Notes: a model not told the origin generated them from the letters alone. A DNA stretch of 64,000 nt from Candidatus Poribacteria bacterium (GCA_964291315.2 OZ219753.1:384001-448000); one strand, 5' to 3'. Shown: positions 37,295 through 48,198, counted from the first letter of the stretch. Made by a program: numbers and translations.

Positions 37295-39301
37295 ATGCAG
37301 ACAGAGATTGAGAAACTCAGGGCGTTAATACGTTATCATGAGCACAAGTACTATGTCGAAAATCAGCCGGAAATCTCTGACACAGATTTTGACGCGCTCA
37401 TGACGGAACTTGAGGCGCTTGAATCATCCGACGCAACGCCTATCCCCCCGGATTCACCAACGCAACGGGTGGGGGGCGGCGTAGAATTAGGCACTCGATT
37501 ACCGCATCGCAGCCCAATGTTGAGCCTGAACAATAGCTACGATGAAAAGGAACTCCTGGAATTCGGAGAACGTGTGCAACGGTTGTTAAAAGTCATCCCC
37601 GTTGAATACGTTACCGAGCTGAAAATCGACGGGTTAGGCGTTTCGCTCACCTATGAAAACGGGATCTTTACACAAGGCCTCACGCGCGGTGATGGCGAAT
37701 ACGGAGAAGATGTAACCGACAATTTACGGACCATCCGATCTGTACCGCTGCGGCTCACAGAAACGGAAACAACAGTGCCGGCCATGCTAGAAGTGCGGGG
37801 TGAGGTCTTCATTCCGAAGCATCGCCTTGATGAAATCAACACACAACGTGAGGCGGAAGGGGACCCGCCCTTCGCGAATCCACGAAACGCTGCCGCCGGT
37901 TCACTCAGACTGTTAGATGCCGCTATCACCGCTTCACGACCGTTAGATATTTTCGTATACAATCTCGATTACGCCGAAGGATTTGAGTTCACAAAACATA
38001 CAGAATCATTAGAAAACATGCGGCATTGGGGGTTGAAATGTAACCCAAATACTGCCTGCCACAAATCAATTGAAGGCGTTCAAGCCTATTACCAACACTG
38101 GGTCGAAAAACGGCATGAACTTCCATATGAGGTTGACGGTATTGTTGTAAAAGTCAACCAGATCTCCCAGCAACAGACCCTTGGATCCACTTCTAAATAC
38201 CCGCGTTGGGCAATTGCATACAAATTCAGCGCACAGCAAGCCATCACGACTGTTGAGAAAATAGAGGTGCAGGTAGGACGTACCGGGACACTGACCCCCG
38301 TTGCCATTTTGAAGCCGATACAGCTTGCAGGGGCAACGATTACAAACGCTACACTCCACAATGAACAGGAGATTCGGGCAAAAGACGTTCGCGTCGGTGA
38401 CCGAATTCTGCTTGAACGCGCCGGAGATGTTATCCCTAAAATTGTTGAAGTGCTAACGGCAGACCGGACGGGTGATGAAGTTGTTTTCGAATTTCCCGAA
38501 CGTTGCCCGGCTTGTGGTACCACCGCCCAGCGCACCGAAAAAGAGGTCGCTGTTCGATGCGGGAATGTCAGATGTGCGGCACAACTGAAACGTCGCATCG
38601 CGCATTACGTTTCGCGAAATGCTCTCCAAATTGAAGGGCTTGGACCTGCCACAATTGCCCAATTGGTCGATAAAAAATTAGTGCATGACGTGGCGGATCT
38701 TTATACATTAAAGGCAGCGGAATTAAGCAAATTAGATCGGATGGGTGCACTCTCCGCCCGAAACCTGGTTCACCACATTGAGCAGAGTAAGACGGTACCG
38801 GCAGAAAGATTGCTCTTCGGGCTCGGTATTCTTCATGTAGGTGAAAATGTCGCCGCTCTGCTCATCGAAACCTTCTTAGCATTAGACAAACTCAGTGAAG
38901 CAAAACCAGAAGACATCGAATCGGTGAAAGGGATCGGCACACAGATAGCAGAAAGTGTATATAGATTCTTTTTGAAGAACCAAGCACTCCTCGAAAAATT
39001 ACGGCAGGCAGGCTTACATTGCTTCACAACACAGGCAGCATCTACTCAATCGCAAGCAAGTGACACTGTAGATAATAGCTTCTTCAGCGGAAAAACTTTT
39101 GTTGTGACAGGCAGTCTTAAGGGGATGACTCGTTCAGAAGCGTCTGATAGGATTAAAAACCGAGGCGGAAGGGTTACCTCAAGTGTGACAAGTAAAACAG
39201 ACTACCTCATTGCCGGCAAGAACAGCGGGAGCAAATACACGAAGGCAGAAGTACTGGGGATCCCAATTTTGACAGAAACCGAATTTCTCGAAAAACTGTA
39301 G
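37295..39301 (+). CDS. ligA: NAD-dependent DNA ligase
   Basis: ELKIDG, EVRGEV, ANPRNAAAGS, Zn finger, BRCT. Confidence 0.97.
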   Translation: MQTEIEKLRALIRYHEHKYYVENQPEISDTDFDALMTELEALESSDATPIPPDSPTQRVGGGVELGTRLPHRSPMLSLNNSYDEKELLEFGERVQRLLKVIPVEYVTELKIDGLGVSLTYENGIFTQGLTRGDGEYGEDVTDNLRTIRSVPLRLTETETTVPAMLEVRGEVFIPKHRLDEINTQREAEGDPPFANPRNAAAGSLRLLDAAITASRPLDIFVYNLDYAEGFEFTKHTESLENMRHWGLKCNPNTACHKSIEGVQAYYQHWVEKRHELPYEVDGIVVKVNQISQQQTLGSTSKYPRWAIAYKFSAQQAITTVEKIEVQVGRTGTLTPVAILKPIQLAGATITNATLHNEQEIRAKDVRVGDRILLERAGDVIPKIVEVLTADRTGDEVVFEFPERCPACGTTAQRTEKEVAVRCGNVRCAAQLKRRIAHYVSRNALQIEGLGPATIAQLVDKKLVHDVADLYTLKAAELSKLDRMGALSARNLVHHIEQSKTVPAERLLFGLGILHVGENVAALLIETFLALDKLSEAKPEDIESVKGIGTQIAESVYRFFLKNQALLEKLRQAGLHCFTTQAASTQSQASDTVDNSFFSGKTFVVTGSLKGMTRSEASDRIKNRGGRVTSSVTSKTDYLIAGKNSGSKYTKAEVLGIPILTETEFLEKL

Positions 39302-39333
39302 CAGCACATAGATATACATTCACCTCTCGCCTC

Positions 39334-40011
39334 TCAATCAGAAGATTTGTAGTGCGCACAAGAGGTACGCAAACGGCACTCTTGACAGTTCGGTGTTTTT
39401 TTATGACATACTCTTGCACCATGAGCAACGATTAAGGCGTGATATTCATTGAAGAAGTCAACATTGTGAGGAAGATTGTCCATAAACAGGGCGCGGAGTT
39501 TTTCATAATCATATTTCCCTTCAACCCATCCTAACCGCGAGACAAGTCTATAAGTGTAAGAATCAACGACAAAACTCGGTTTTCCTGCAGCGTAGAGGAT
39601 AATTGTATCCGCTGTTTCGGGACCGATCCCGTAGATAGAAAGGAGTTCCTCACGTAACGCCGGGACATCTTGTGTGAACATCACGGGCATAGGACGTTTC
39701 TTGATATATTCCACAAACGCACGTACCTTTTGTGCCTTCATACGGAAATAGCGTGACGGTCGGAGAAGACGTTCCAATGTAGGTTGACCGACCCAATCTA
39801 TCTCTTCGGGAGTAAGGACACCCGCGGACATGAGATTGTCTAACGCTTTTTCTACATTACGCCAAGCCGTCGCTTGCGTTAGAATCGCACCAAGAACCAC
39901 TTCAAACGGGGTATCTGCGGGCCACCATTTACGGTGTCCGTGTTGCGCAAGAAGCGCATTGTAGAGTGAATACAGTTTTTCAGTCCGATTCTCTTCGCAC
40001 AGAATTTGCAT
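39334..40011 (-). CDS. Endonuclease III-related HhH-GPD protein
   Basis: GAILTQ, GIGPETAD, VVDSY, C-terminal Cys cluster. Confidence 0.85.
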   Translation of the reverse strand: MQILCEENRTEKLYSLYNALLAQHGHRKWWPADTPFEVVLGAILTQATAWRNVEKALDNLMSAGVLTPEEIDWVGQPTLERLLRPSRYFRMKAQKVRAFVEYIKKRPMPVMFTQDVPALREELLSIYGIGPETADTIILYAAGKPSFVVDSYTYRLVSRLGWVEGKYDYEKLRALFMDNLPHNVDFFNEYHALIVAHGARVCHKKTPNCQECRLRTSCAHYKSSD

Positions 40012-40054
40012 GTGTACGGTATCCTCGATGCTATAAAAGAAAAATTACGGATTT

Positions 40055-40170
40055 AAGTTTCAGCACCAGCGGAGACAATGGTACATGAAACCTTGCCTAA
40101 TGCACAACGTGGGCAAAAGCCGACAGGCTTGACGCAACCCATCCTAACGCCATAGGCGTTCTTGAAACCA
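40055..40170 (-). ncRNA. Candidate structured RNA / 5' leader
   Basis: TTGGAT-17-TATAAT promoter upstream; three hairpins with G-U pairs on the minus strand; U-rich tail. Confidence 0.4.
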
Positions 40171-40490
40171 GTCTTATTATACAATCTAGTGCAGAAGCAT
40201 CCAAGTAAATTCTCAATGCCATCTACATCTATCTCACAGTGCTAACGTTGCACTGCAACCCACTAATGGACGTTTCTCTTCAGCACCTGGGGCCCTGGCA
40301 GTGCGAACAGTCAATATCGCTTGTAATTCCGAAATAGCGGTAGGTACTCTCGACGCTCTTCCATTTGATGCCTTGCGGTTGTCTTGTGAACCATCGCCTT
40401 GAATATGGAGCCGTATGTTCATTTGAAATTGTTTTTGATTTATGCTAACCTATCGATGTATTCGAACTTGCACAAGATGAGAGATAAAAA

Positions 40491-41546
40491 ATGGTAGAAC
40501 AATTACGACCAAAATCACATAGAATCGCCATTCTTGCCGAAGGCTCATTTGGTGTGCTTGAATCGAAAACTGCCACAGTTCTCGTGCGTTATCTTCCCGA
40601 GAATGTCGTCGCAGTTATAGATAGCTTTAATGCGGGGCGGGATGTCAGTGAAATCATTGAAATTGGTGAAGGTATACCGATTGTCTGCGATCTTGCTGAG
40701 GCGATGCGTTTTAACCCCACGATGCTCGCTATCGGCATTGCTCCACCGGGGGGCGAACTACCATCTACATGGTACCCGACTCTTCGCCAAGCAATGCACA
40801 ACAAACTACATATTATGAGCGGTCTTCATCAATTTTTGAGTGAAGACACAGAACTGTCCGAGCTGGCGGCAACTCACAATGTTATCTTATGGGATATCCG
40901 AAAACCCCCTCCTTGTTTACCCGTTGCGACTTGTAAAGCTGCTAATGTCGATGCGACTGTTATTCTCACCGTAGGTTCAGATTGCCGCGTCGGTAAAATG
41001 CTATCTGGTATAGAAATTACAAATGCTATACGGGCAAAGGGCATAAAAGCGGAATTCTGCCCGACAGGACAAAATGGGATTATGATATGGGGGTGGGGCA
41101 TTGCTATCGATGCCGTCGTCTCTGATTTCACTGCCGGCGCAGCAGAGCAGGTTGTGATTGAAGGCGCGAAAAACCATGAGCTCCTTATCGTCGAAGGGCA
41201 AGGTTCACTGGTACATCCTGGATACTCTGGCGTAACCCTCAGTCTGCTTCACGGGAGTCTCCCGGATGCAATGATATTCTGTCATCAACCCTCACGGAAT
41301 ACCGTCGCTCGCTACACAGTGTCGTTGCCACCGCTGCCCGATATGATAGCACAATATGAAACGATGGCTGCCCTCATAAAACCGGCTAAAGTGATTGGGT
41401 TGGCACTGAACTGTTTCGACTTGTCTAAATCGGAGGCACAGGAGACTATCCGCGCGGCAGAAGCCGAAACCGGGTTACCCGCAACGGATGTGGTGCGATT
41501 CGGGACAGATAAACTCGTTGATGCCATACAAAACGTACACAGTTAA
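40491..41546 (+). CDS. DUF1611 family P-loop protein
   Basis: IGIAPPGG, SGLH, VGSDCRVGKM, TGQNG, VEGQGS. Confidence 0.88.
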   Translation: MVEQLRPKSHRIAILAEGSFGVLESKTATVLVRYLPENVVAVIDSFNAGRDVSEIIEIGEGIPIVCDLAEAMRFNPTMLAIGIAPPGGELPSTWYPTLRQAMHNKLHIMSGLHQFLSEDTELSELAATHNVILWDIRKPPPCLPVATCKAANVDATVILTVGSDCRVGKMLSGIEITNAIRAKGIKAEFCPTGQNGIMIWGWGIAIDAVVSDFTAGAAEQVVIEGAKNHELLIVEGQGSLVHPGYSGVTLSLLHGSLPDAMIFCHQPSRNTVARYTVSLPPLPDMIAQYETMAALIKPAKVIGLALNCFDLSKSEAQETIRAAEAETGLPATDVVRFGTDKLVDAIQNVHS

Positions 41547-41742
41547 CATCCTCTGCCGTCTAAGGCTGCACAGATTTGGTTGTAAGTCGGGCTAATATTG
41601 CCTTGCTTGCAAAGATTAATACAATTTTAGTTTTCTGCGCGCCCCCGTTTTTCGACAGGTTCAGATGTTTCATTTCTCTCCTTGTCGGGTTAATTCGTAA
41701 ATAGCGACCCTCAAATTGTTAATAATCCACGGACAAAATGTG

Positions 41743-41771
41743 TTGATTTTTCGCATCAAATATGGTATAGT
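41743..41771 (+). promoter_or_regulatory. Sigma70-like promoter of helicase gene
   Basis: TTGATT-17-TATAGT. Confidence 0.55.
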
Positions 41772-41898
41772 AACATAGGTCCGGACTTACGGTCAAATCT
41801 TCACATCGGTGCTATAATCTTCAACCTAAACGCTATACTGCACAAAACATAGAAACTGATCCAAAACTTTTCCGATAGGATGTACTGGAGAAAACCCG

Positions 41899-44800
41899 AT
41901 GAACATTCTGCATGAATTAAACGACAAACAGAGAGAATCGGTAATACATAAAGAGGGAGCACTTCTTGTTATTGCAGGTCCCGGCACAGGAAAAACAAAA
42001 GTTATTACGCACCGTATTGCCTACTTAATTCGTGAACACGGTATCAAGCCCGAGAGCATTCTTGTGATTACCTTTACGAATAAAGCCGCTGAAGAGGTGC
42101 AGGAACGCATTAACAACACCATCGGTGAACCACACGGATCCAGAGTCAAATCTTGCACTTTCCATGCCTTTTGCGTCAAGGTGCTCCGAAAGCACGCCCT
42201 CCACATCGGACTGAGCGAAAATTTTACTATCTTCGATCAGGAGTTTCAAGACGAAATTCTAATAGAGAGTGTCCGTGAGTTAAACCTTGACGCTGGCGAC
42301 TACCCGCCGTGGTTCCTACGCAGCATTATCAGTGGCATCAAATGTAGACTACAAAACCTTGTCGATATAGCAGATACACTCGATATTTATGAGTCCGCCG
42401 CAACAATTGAAAACATCCAAGATATATTGAAAACTTATCAGGATAAACTAGACGAATACGATGCCCTCGATTTCGACGATCTGCTTGTGAAAACGGTCGA
42501 ACTACTCCAGCAAGTAGGAGAGGTTCGAGACGCTTACCGTAAGACGATCTCGTATATTTTGGTAGACGAATATCATGATGTGAATAATATACAGTATCGC
42601 TTGCTTCGCCTGCTCTGCCCGCCACCGGGAGGGAATCTCATGGTAGTTGCTGATGAAGATCAGGCGATCTATAGTTGGCGAGGGTCAAGTCCACAATATA
42701 TTGAGGATTTCAGAACCGACTTTAACCCCAAAACGCTCACATTGGATGATCACTACCGGTGTAGTGAAAAAATTTTGCGTGCCGCAGAGGAAGTCATCTC
42801 CAGAAACACAGAACGACAAAAACAGCACACCCTCAGAACACACAAAGATGTCGGGCGAGATATCTTTCACTATACCTTCGATACCCCTGTGGTAGAAGCA
42901 CGCAGTATCATCGGTCTTATCAAGAAGCTGGTAGAACAACGCAATTGTTCTTACCGGGATATAGCGATCTTTTATCGAAAACACAAACTTGCAGATATTT
43001 TGGGTGAACAACTCCTACGCGCAAACATCAAATTTCAACGTCTTCAACCAATGAACTCCTTTGGAGAAGGAAATAGTAAAGACATTCTTGCATATCTCCG
43101 TTTCATCCAGTGGCAACTTCCGCAAGACCTCGAACGAGCGATCAGTTTTCCAAATACCTGCATTGACGATCTAACATGGGTGCGCCTCAAGTGGCTTGCA
43201 CAAAGAGAAGGCATCGCGTTCATAGATCTCCTAAAACATATTGAGGCATATCCACAAGATGTTGGGCCTTTAACCCGCCGAAATGTCTGCCAATTCTGGA
43301 GACAACTTGAGGATTTATCAACTGAAACCGAAAAACAAGAAGCCGATAAAACAATCCTAAAACTCTTTGATACTTTGGAAAGAGCACGCTCTCCATATCG
43401 AGCTGAAGAGTTAGATATTCTCGAAAAACAACCTGATCCCTCGAATCTTGCAACAGCACAAGATGTTCTCTATAGTGCCCTTGCGCTTGATGAACCAATT
43501 CAGATTACTGCCTGCCATGGGATTGACGAATACGCTGCTGCACATATTATCTATCAAACACTCGAAACTTATTTGCATCATACTGCGCAACTCCAATTCC
43601 TACCCGCCGACGAAAACAGAGGGACACCGAAGGAAAACGGGGTTCATCTGCTCATCGGTGATTTCACGGACCTCGGAGAGACAGTACGAAATGCTAGAGC
43701 AATTCTTATCGGGACAGCCGATACGATTAATACGGATGTGGTTCAACTCGGATCGGAAGGGGTTCGAAGCATCGCAGCGCTTAAACTTTGCCAACGACTT
43801 ATCAACCGCTTTGAAAGCCCAAACATGGCAGATATGATTGTCTATGATCTGGAGACAACCGATATCGACCCGAAAAGGGCACAAGTTGTTGAGATCGCAG
43901 CACACCGCCTCAGCGCGATTGGCGGTGAAGTCGAACGGTTTTATCGGTTGGTAAAACCACCGGGCGGACACATTCCGCGATCTGCCACACACATCCACGG
44001 TATCGATACAGAAACAGTCAAAGATTCACCAGGGATCGAAACGGTTTTACCTGAATTTCTTGGGTTTGTCCAAGACCGAATTCTGATTGGACACAACGTA
44101 GAAGCTTACGATAATCTTATACTTGAACGAGACTTGAGAGATTATCTGAAAATAGATCTACCGTCACCACATTACGATACGCTTACTACATCGCGTCGGC
44201 TTTTTCCGAGACAACGGTGTAACCTGGAAGCACTTGCCCAAAAATTTAATATCAAACATGGGCATTTACATGGTGCCTTAGAGGATGTCAAAGTTAATCG
44301 AGAGATATTTAAAGAGCTTATTAAAATTGATGCTTACAAACGCGAAGTGAAGTCTCTACCCGAACTCTTACCACTCGTCTGCATCGGTATTTTCGCTAAA
44401 ACTGAGACACAATCAGAGGCAGAGACAGCGGAAACATCACAGCCAAAGAGTACAACCACAACAGAGACCTTAACCGAGCCTGAGGTGTTTCTTAATGCTG
44501 CGAAGCGTTTCGTCCAGACACACGAGGCTAAACTCCCCGAGCGCTTTCCGCTTGAAACAGAGGAGGCGGAACAAGCGACTGCCTACATGGCAAAATTACA
44601 AGACGGCCCTGCGCCAGAGTTTCCGGAAGACCTCACTTGGCAACAACACCGTATTCAGTTCATGAACGCCGTACTTCATTTTAAATCAATGAGCGGTATG
44701 AATAGACTCACTGATTTTTTGGACTATCAGAAGTTGCTCACAAATGCTGACCAACTTGACAACACGACCGAGCAGCTGACGTTAATGACACTGCACGCAG

Positions 44801-45060
44801 CGAAAGGCACAGAATTTCCCATCGTTATCATTATCGGTATGGAAGAAGGAACTTTCCCGATGTGGCGACGGCACATGACAGAGGCAGAGCTTGAGGAAGA
44901 ACGCAGGCTCTTCTATGTCGGTATGACCCGCGCACAAGCACAGCTTTATCTCAGCTCTGTCACGTATCGTTCTGGGGATAGGGATTGCGCACCGTCGATG
45001 TTTGTCAAGGAGATTCCATCTAATTACGTGGTTAAATGGAGTCCACGGGGTAGGAATTAA
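41899..45060 (+). CDS. UvrD/PcrA-like helicase with inserted DEDDh 3'-5' exonuclease domain
   Basis: AGPGTGKT, TFTNKAA, DEYHD, QAIYSWRG, TLHAAKGTEF, EERRLFYVGMTRA; DLETT...GHNV...HGALED. Confidence 0.88.
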   Translation: MNILHELNDKQRESVIHKEGALLVIAGPGTGKTKVITHRIAYLIREHGIKPESILVITFTNKAAEEVQERINNTIGEPHGSRVKSCTFHAFCVKVLRKHALHIGLSENFTIFDQEFQDEILIESVRELNLDAGDYPPWFLRSIISGIKCRLQNLVDIADTLDIYESAATIENIQDILKTYQDKLDEYDALDFDDLLVKTVELLQQVGEVRDAYRKTISYILVDEYHDVNNIQYRLLRLLCPPPGGNLMVVADEDQAIYSWRGSSPQYIEDFRTDFNPKTLTLDDHYRCSEKILRAAEEVISRNTERQKQHTLRTHKDVGRDIFHYTFDTPVVEARSIIGLIKKLVEQRNCSYRDIAIFYRKHKLADILGEQLLRANIKFQRLQPMNSFGEGNSKDILAYLRFIQWQLPQDLERAISFPNTCIDDLTWVRLKWLAQREGIAFIDLLKHIEAYPQDVGPLTRRNVCQFWRQLEDLSTETEKQEADKTILKLFDTLERARSPYRAEELDILEKQPDPSNLATAQDVLYSALALDEPIQITACHGIDEYAAAHIIYQTLETYLHHTAQLQFLPADENRGTPKENGVHLLIGDFTDLGETVRNARAILIGTADTINTDVVQLGSEGVRSIAALKLCQRLINRFESPNMADMIVYDLETTDIDPKRAQVVEIAAHRLSAIGGEVERFYRLVKPPGGHIPRSATHIHGIDTETVKDSPGIETVLPEFLGFVQDRILIGHNVEAYDNLILERDLRDYLKIDLPSPHYDTLTTSRRLFPRQRCNLEALAQKFNIKHGHLHGALEDVKVNREIFKELIKIDAYKREVKSLPELLPLVCIGIFAKTETQSEAETAETSQPKSTTTTETLTEPEVFLNAAKRFVQTHEAKLPERFPLETEEAEQATAYMAKLQDGPAPEFPEDLTWQQHRIQFMNAVLHFKSMSGMNRLTDFLDYQKLLTNADQLDNTTEQLTLMTLHAAKGTEFPIVIIIGMEEGTFPMWRRHMTEAELEEERRLFYVGMTRAQAQLYLSSVTYRSGDRDCAPSMFVKEIPSNYVVKWSPRGRN

Positions 45061-45110
45061 AACGTCTAGAAGGTAAGTGTATTTATTTTCGAGGCTAGAA
45101 AGGAGAAAAG

Positions 45111-45527
45111 GTGCTTGAGATATCAGACCTCCCAACGCTCAACGCGACATTAAACACAATAAGTGGTGCTCTGCTGACGATAGGATATGTGCAAATTCGC
45201 CAACAGAGGATCAGAGCACATAAAAACTGTATGCTTGCTGCCTTTGGTGTGTCCGTGCTTTTCCTCGTTTCTTATGTTATTTATCACTATCACGCCGGCT
45301 CGAAGCCGTTTGCAGAGCACGGATGGATCCGTCCGCTTTACTTTACTATCCTCATCTCACACATTATCTTCGCGTTCCTGATAGTGCCGTTGGCTTTGCG
45401 GACCCTCTATCTCGCGTGGCGGAAGCAATTTGAAACACACCGGCGCATCGCGAGGATCACCTTACCAATCTGGTTGTACGTTTCGGTAACAGGAGTAGTT
45501 ATCTATCTGATGTTATATCGATTGTAG
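45111..45527 (+). CDS. DUF420 membrane protein
   Basis: LPTLNATLN, HKNCM, HRRIAR..PIWLYVSVTG. Confidence 0.88.
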   Translation: MLEISDLPTLNATLNTISGALLTIGYVQIRQQRIRAHKNCMLAAFGVSVLFLVSYVIYHYHAGSKPFAEHGWIRPLYFTILISHIIFAFLIVPLALRTLYLAWRKQFETHRRIARITLPIWLYVSVTGVVIYLMLYRL

Positions 45528-45745
45528 AGCAGGGATAAAGTAGGACATTTGGCGCACCCACCGAAACGTTCTTATATGTCCCGAGTGGAACAAATCCGAT
45601 ATGCCTGCGTAGATACCTTGCTTCATTGTCCTATCACGTTTATATTACAGTTTCGGTATTATCTGTATGTGCAGCAAACGGTTTTATAAGAAAGGGTATG
45701 CGCAGAAGAGAACGAGGAATCTCCAGCACGTACCGATTCGTGAAT

Positions 45746-46642
45746 TTATGGATCAAATGGGCGGTAACCGCGCAACATCAAGCCTCGATCACTATTAGAT
45801 TTTTTTGCTTTTTCGACTGCTGCAGCATGCTTCTCCGACTCCGCACGATTTGCCGTAGTCGTTCCGCCGACAACAACATAGTCATCCGTTCGACGATAAC
45901 GGTTGATGAAAACTGGGCGCGGTTTGTCGGACATATTCTGTTTAGAACCGTGCACAGTTTTGACATTAAAGAAGATTGAATCGCCTGCCTTGCCAGAAAT
46001 AGGGAGAGCATTTTCCCACGGCCACTCAGCCGCCTCCAGGCCGAGGTGTGAGAACGTATCAATATGCTTGAGCTGCCCGAGTCGGTGGGATCCCGGCACA
46101 ACATGTAATGCACCATTCACCACGTCTGTGTCCACAACATAGTTCAAGATGCCGATGGGTCCCTGATAACGGTGTTCGAAATATGCTGAATCCTGATGTA
46201 GATGCTTCGGATGTCCACCGATTGGTTCCTTATAAAGACACTGTCCGTTACCATAGATCTCTACATTGGGTCCCAAGATTTCCTCGACAATATCAGCTGC
46301 GGTCTCATCACAAGCGGATTGGAAGAACGCCGCACTTGTCTGATAATTCACCGCCAACACCATAATCTGTTTGTCACGTGTATAGCTTGATGGTGCCGGG
46401 ATGAAGAGCGTACCATTCGGTGTGCGCCATCCCTCAACGATCCGTTCTGCTTTGTCAAGAAGCGATAAAGATTCTGCAGCGGCAGCCTCAATATCCCGAT
46501 GAATTGTCTTAATGTAGCGCGCCATTAGACCGCGAACAACAAGGCACCCGTATTCCTCAAATATGTTCGCAGCTTTTTGGACATCTAATGCGTCCAAGGA
46601 CATTTCAACATCTTCAACTGTTACCGTGGTTTCCTGCATCAC
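45746..46642 (-). CDS. Phytanoyl-CoA dioxygenase (PhyH) family protein
   Basis: HQDSAY, NGALHVVPGSH, GDSIFF..HGS. Confidence 0.88.
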   Translation of the reverse strand: MMQETTVTVEDVEMSLDALDVQKAANIFEEYGCLVVRGLMARYIKTIHRDIEAAAAESLSLLDKAERIVEGWRTPNGTLFIPAPSSYTRDKQIMVLAVNYQTSAAFFQSACDETAADIVEEILGPNVEIYGNGQCLYKEPIGGHPKHLHQDSAYFEHRYQGPIGILNYVVDTDVVNGALHVVPGSHRLGQLKHIDTFSHLGLEAAEWPWENALPISGKAGDSIFFNVKTVHGSKQNMSDKPRPVFINRYRRTDDYVVVGGTTTANRAESEKHAAAVEKAKKSNSDRGLMLRGYRPFDP

Positions 46643-46700
46643 AAAATATTCTCCCTATTTTATTATAAACAGTACAGCACTTGATACTCAAATTCTGCAA

Positions 46701-47054
46701 TTACTTTTTTTCGCCCCATGGAGGTCGTCTGCCGGTCAATTCTTCCAGATAACGCGCTGTTCGACTTACCTCTTCCTTGAGGCTTCTACGCGATTTCCGT
46801 TTTGCCGTATCTTCAACCGTATATCTCACCCGGTAAGTCCCTTTCTCAATTTGCAACAAGGTAAATTCGCCAGGCACATTTCTGTTCACGTACTGAATCA
46901 TATCATATAAGAGCCAATAAACATCTGTCGAAGAATAGCGCAGTTCGTTGTGTTTATTAGACTGCTCACTGACAAGGTCAAGCGTTTTCTTCACCGCATC
47001 AACGACTTCGGAGATCGTATAAGATTTGTCGCCCACCACACGAACGTTATTCAT
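46701..47054 (-). CDS. Hypothetical protein
   Basis: 117 aa; ATGA overlap with the xdhC stop. Confidence 0.65.
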   Translation of the reverse strand: MNNVRVVGDKSYTISEVVDAVKKTLDLVSEQSNKHNELRYSSTDVYWLLYDMIQYVNRNVPGEFTLLQIEKGTYRVRYTVEDTAKRKSRRSLKEEVSRTARYLEELTGRRPPWGEKK

Positions 47055-48175
47055 TTTCTTGCTCCTGCCACTTTAACTGTAGGCATCTGTTCAGGTTCTG
47101 CGTCAAACAGTTCAACACTTTCAGGGGCATTACGGATCTGGATTAGCTGTGATGCAATGCTTACAGCGATTTCGGGTACAGTTTTCGAGTTAATGTTTAA
47201 CCCAACAGGGGCGTACACACGCTGGAGCCTCTCTTTAGATATGCCGAGTTCCAGCAAATCGTCGAATATCAGTTTAATTTTACGGCGACTACCTATAAGA
47301 CCGATATAACGTGCTTCTGATTCAACAACGCTGTGTAATGCGGATTCATCATGTTGGTGTCCACGCGTGACAATGACGACGTAGGTAAGTGAGGTAATCG
47401 GATAATTTCGGAGTTCCGTTGCAATATCGCCAATAATAATTTTATCTGCTTCCGGTAGCCGATCTGCGGAGGCAAAATCCACACGGTCATCAACAACAAC
47501 AATATCAAAATCCAACCAACTCCCGAGGTGGCAGAGTGCCTGACCGACATGTCCTGCACCTGCAATAAGCAGTGTTGGACGCGGTTGCAACGGTTCTAAG
47601 AAGATCGTAGCCGCCTCATTTTTTCGAAATAAAACTGCCCTATTGTTTTTAAGCACAGTAGCAGTCTTCTCTTGTATTAAGGTTTCCAAAGCCGAATCTC
47701 CGAAATTCCCCACACGCTCACCACTGTTGGCAAAGATCATCTTCATACCAACCTTTACACCTTGCTGCTCACTGGCTACAACAGTCGCACAAACAAGCGG
47801 GACTTTTTCTTTACTCAGAGATTGGAGACGCTCGAACATTTCAGCTTCAGCACGCGTCTTTGGCAAATCAATGAATATTTTCATTGTCCCTCCGCAGATA
47901 AGTCCGTCATCCCAACCGTAATCACTGTCCAGCTGAAACTCAAGCAGCCGCGGCATTCCGCCTTGCATCAGACCAATGGCTTGTCGGCGCGCCTCTGCCT
48001 CAACGCAACCGCCACCAAGGGTTCCAACGTTGCTCAGGTCCGGGAGAATTAATAGTTTTGAGCCGGACTTTTGTGGTGTCGACCCCTTTGTTTCCACTAC
48101 AGTACAGTAGGCACCGATTTGAGAGGCATTAATCAATTCTGGAATTCTTCGGTATATTTGTCTCATTTGTCTCAT
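47051..48175 (-). CDS. XdhC/CoxI family molybdoenzyme maturation protein
   Basis: GSTPQK.G, GTLGGGCVE, ICGG, GAGHVG, TRGH..D, YIGLIGSRRK. Confidence 0.9.
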   Translation of the reverse strand: MRQMRQIYRRIPELINASQIGAYCTVVETKGSTPQKSGSKLLILPDLSNVGTLGGGCVEAEARRQAIGLMQGGMPRLLEFQLDSDYGWDDGLICGGTMKIFIDLPKTRAEAEMFERLQSLSKEKVPLVCATVVASEQQGVKVGMKMIFANSGERVGNFGDSALETLIQEKTATVLKNNRAVLFRKNEAATIFLEPLQPRPTLLIAGAGHVGQALCHLGSWLDFDIVVVDDRVDFASADRLPEADKIIIGDIATELRNYPITSLTYVVIVTRGHQHDESALHSVVESEARYIGLIGSRRKIKLIFDDLLELGISKERLQRVYAPVGLNINSKTVPEIAVSIASQLIQIRNAPESVELFDAEPEQMPTVKVAGARK

Positions 48176-48198
48176 TTGTCGGTTTGGGGTCCGAAACC

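Noticed and set aside
40111-40160. c-di-GMP-I riboswitch on + strand (GGGCAAA...GACGCAA...CCTAA)
   Set aside because: Loop GACA is not GNRA, the second stem/receptor is incomplete, and G-U pairs plus the promoter favour the minus strand
40234-40422. 62-aa ORF
   Set aside because: No RBS or motif; cannot be supported
48156-48180. 9-bp tandem repeat at the xdhC start (MRQMRQ) as a phase-variation site
   Set aside because: In-frame unit with under 3 copies; it only shifts the start codon
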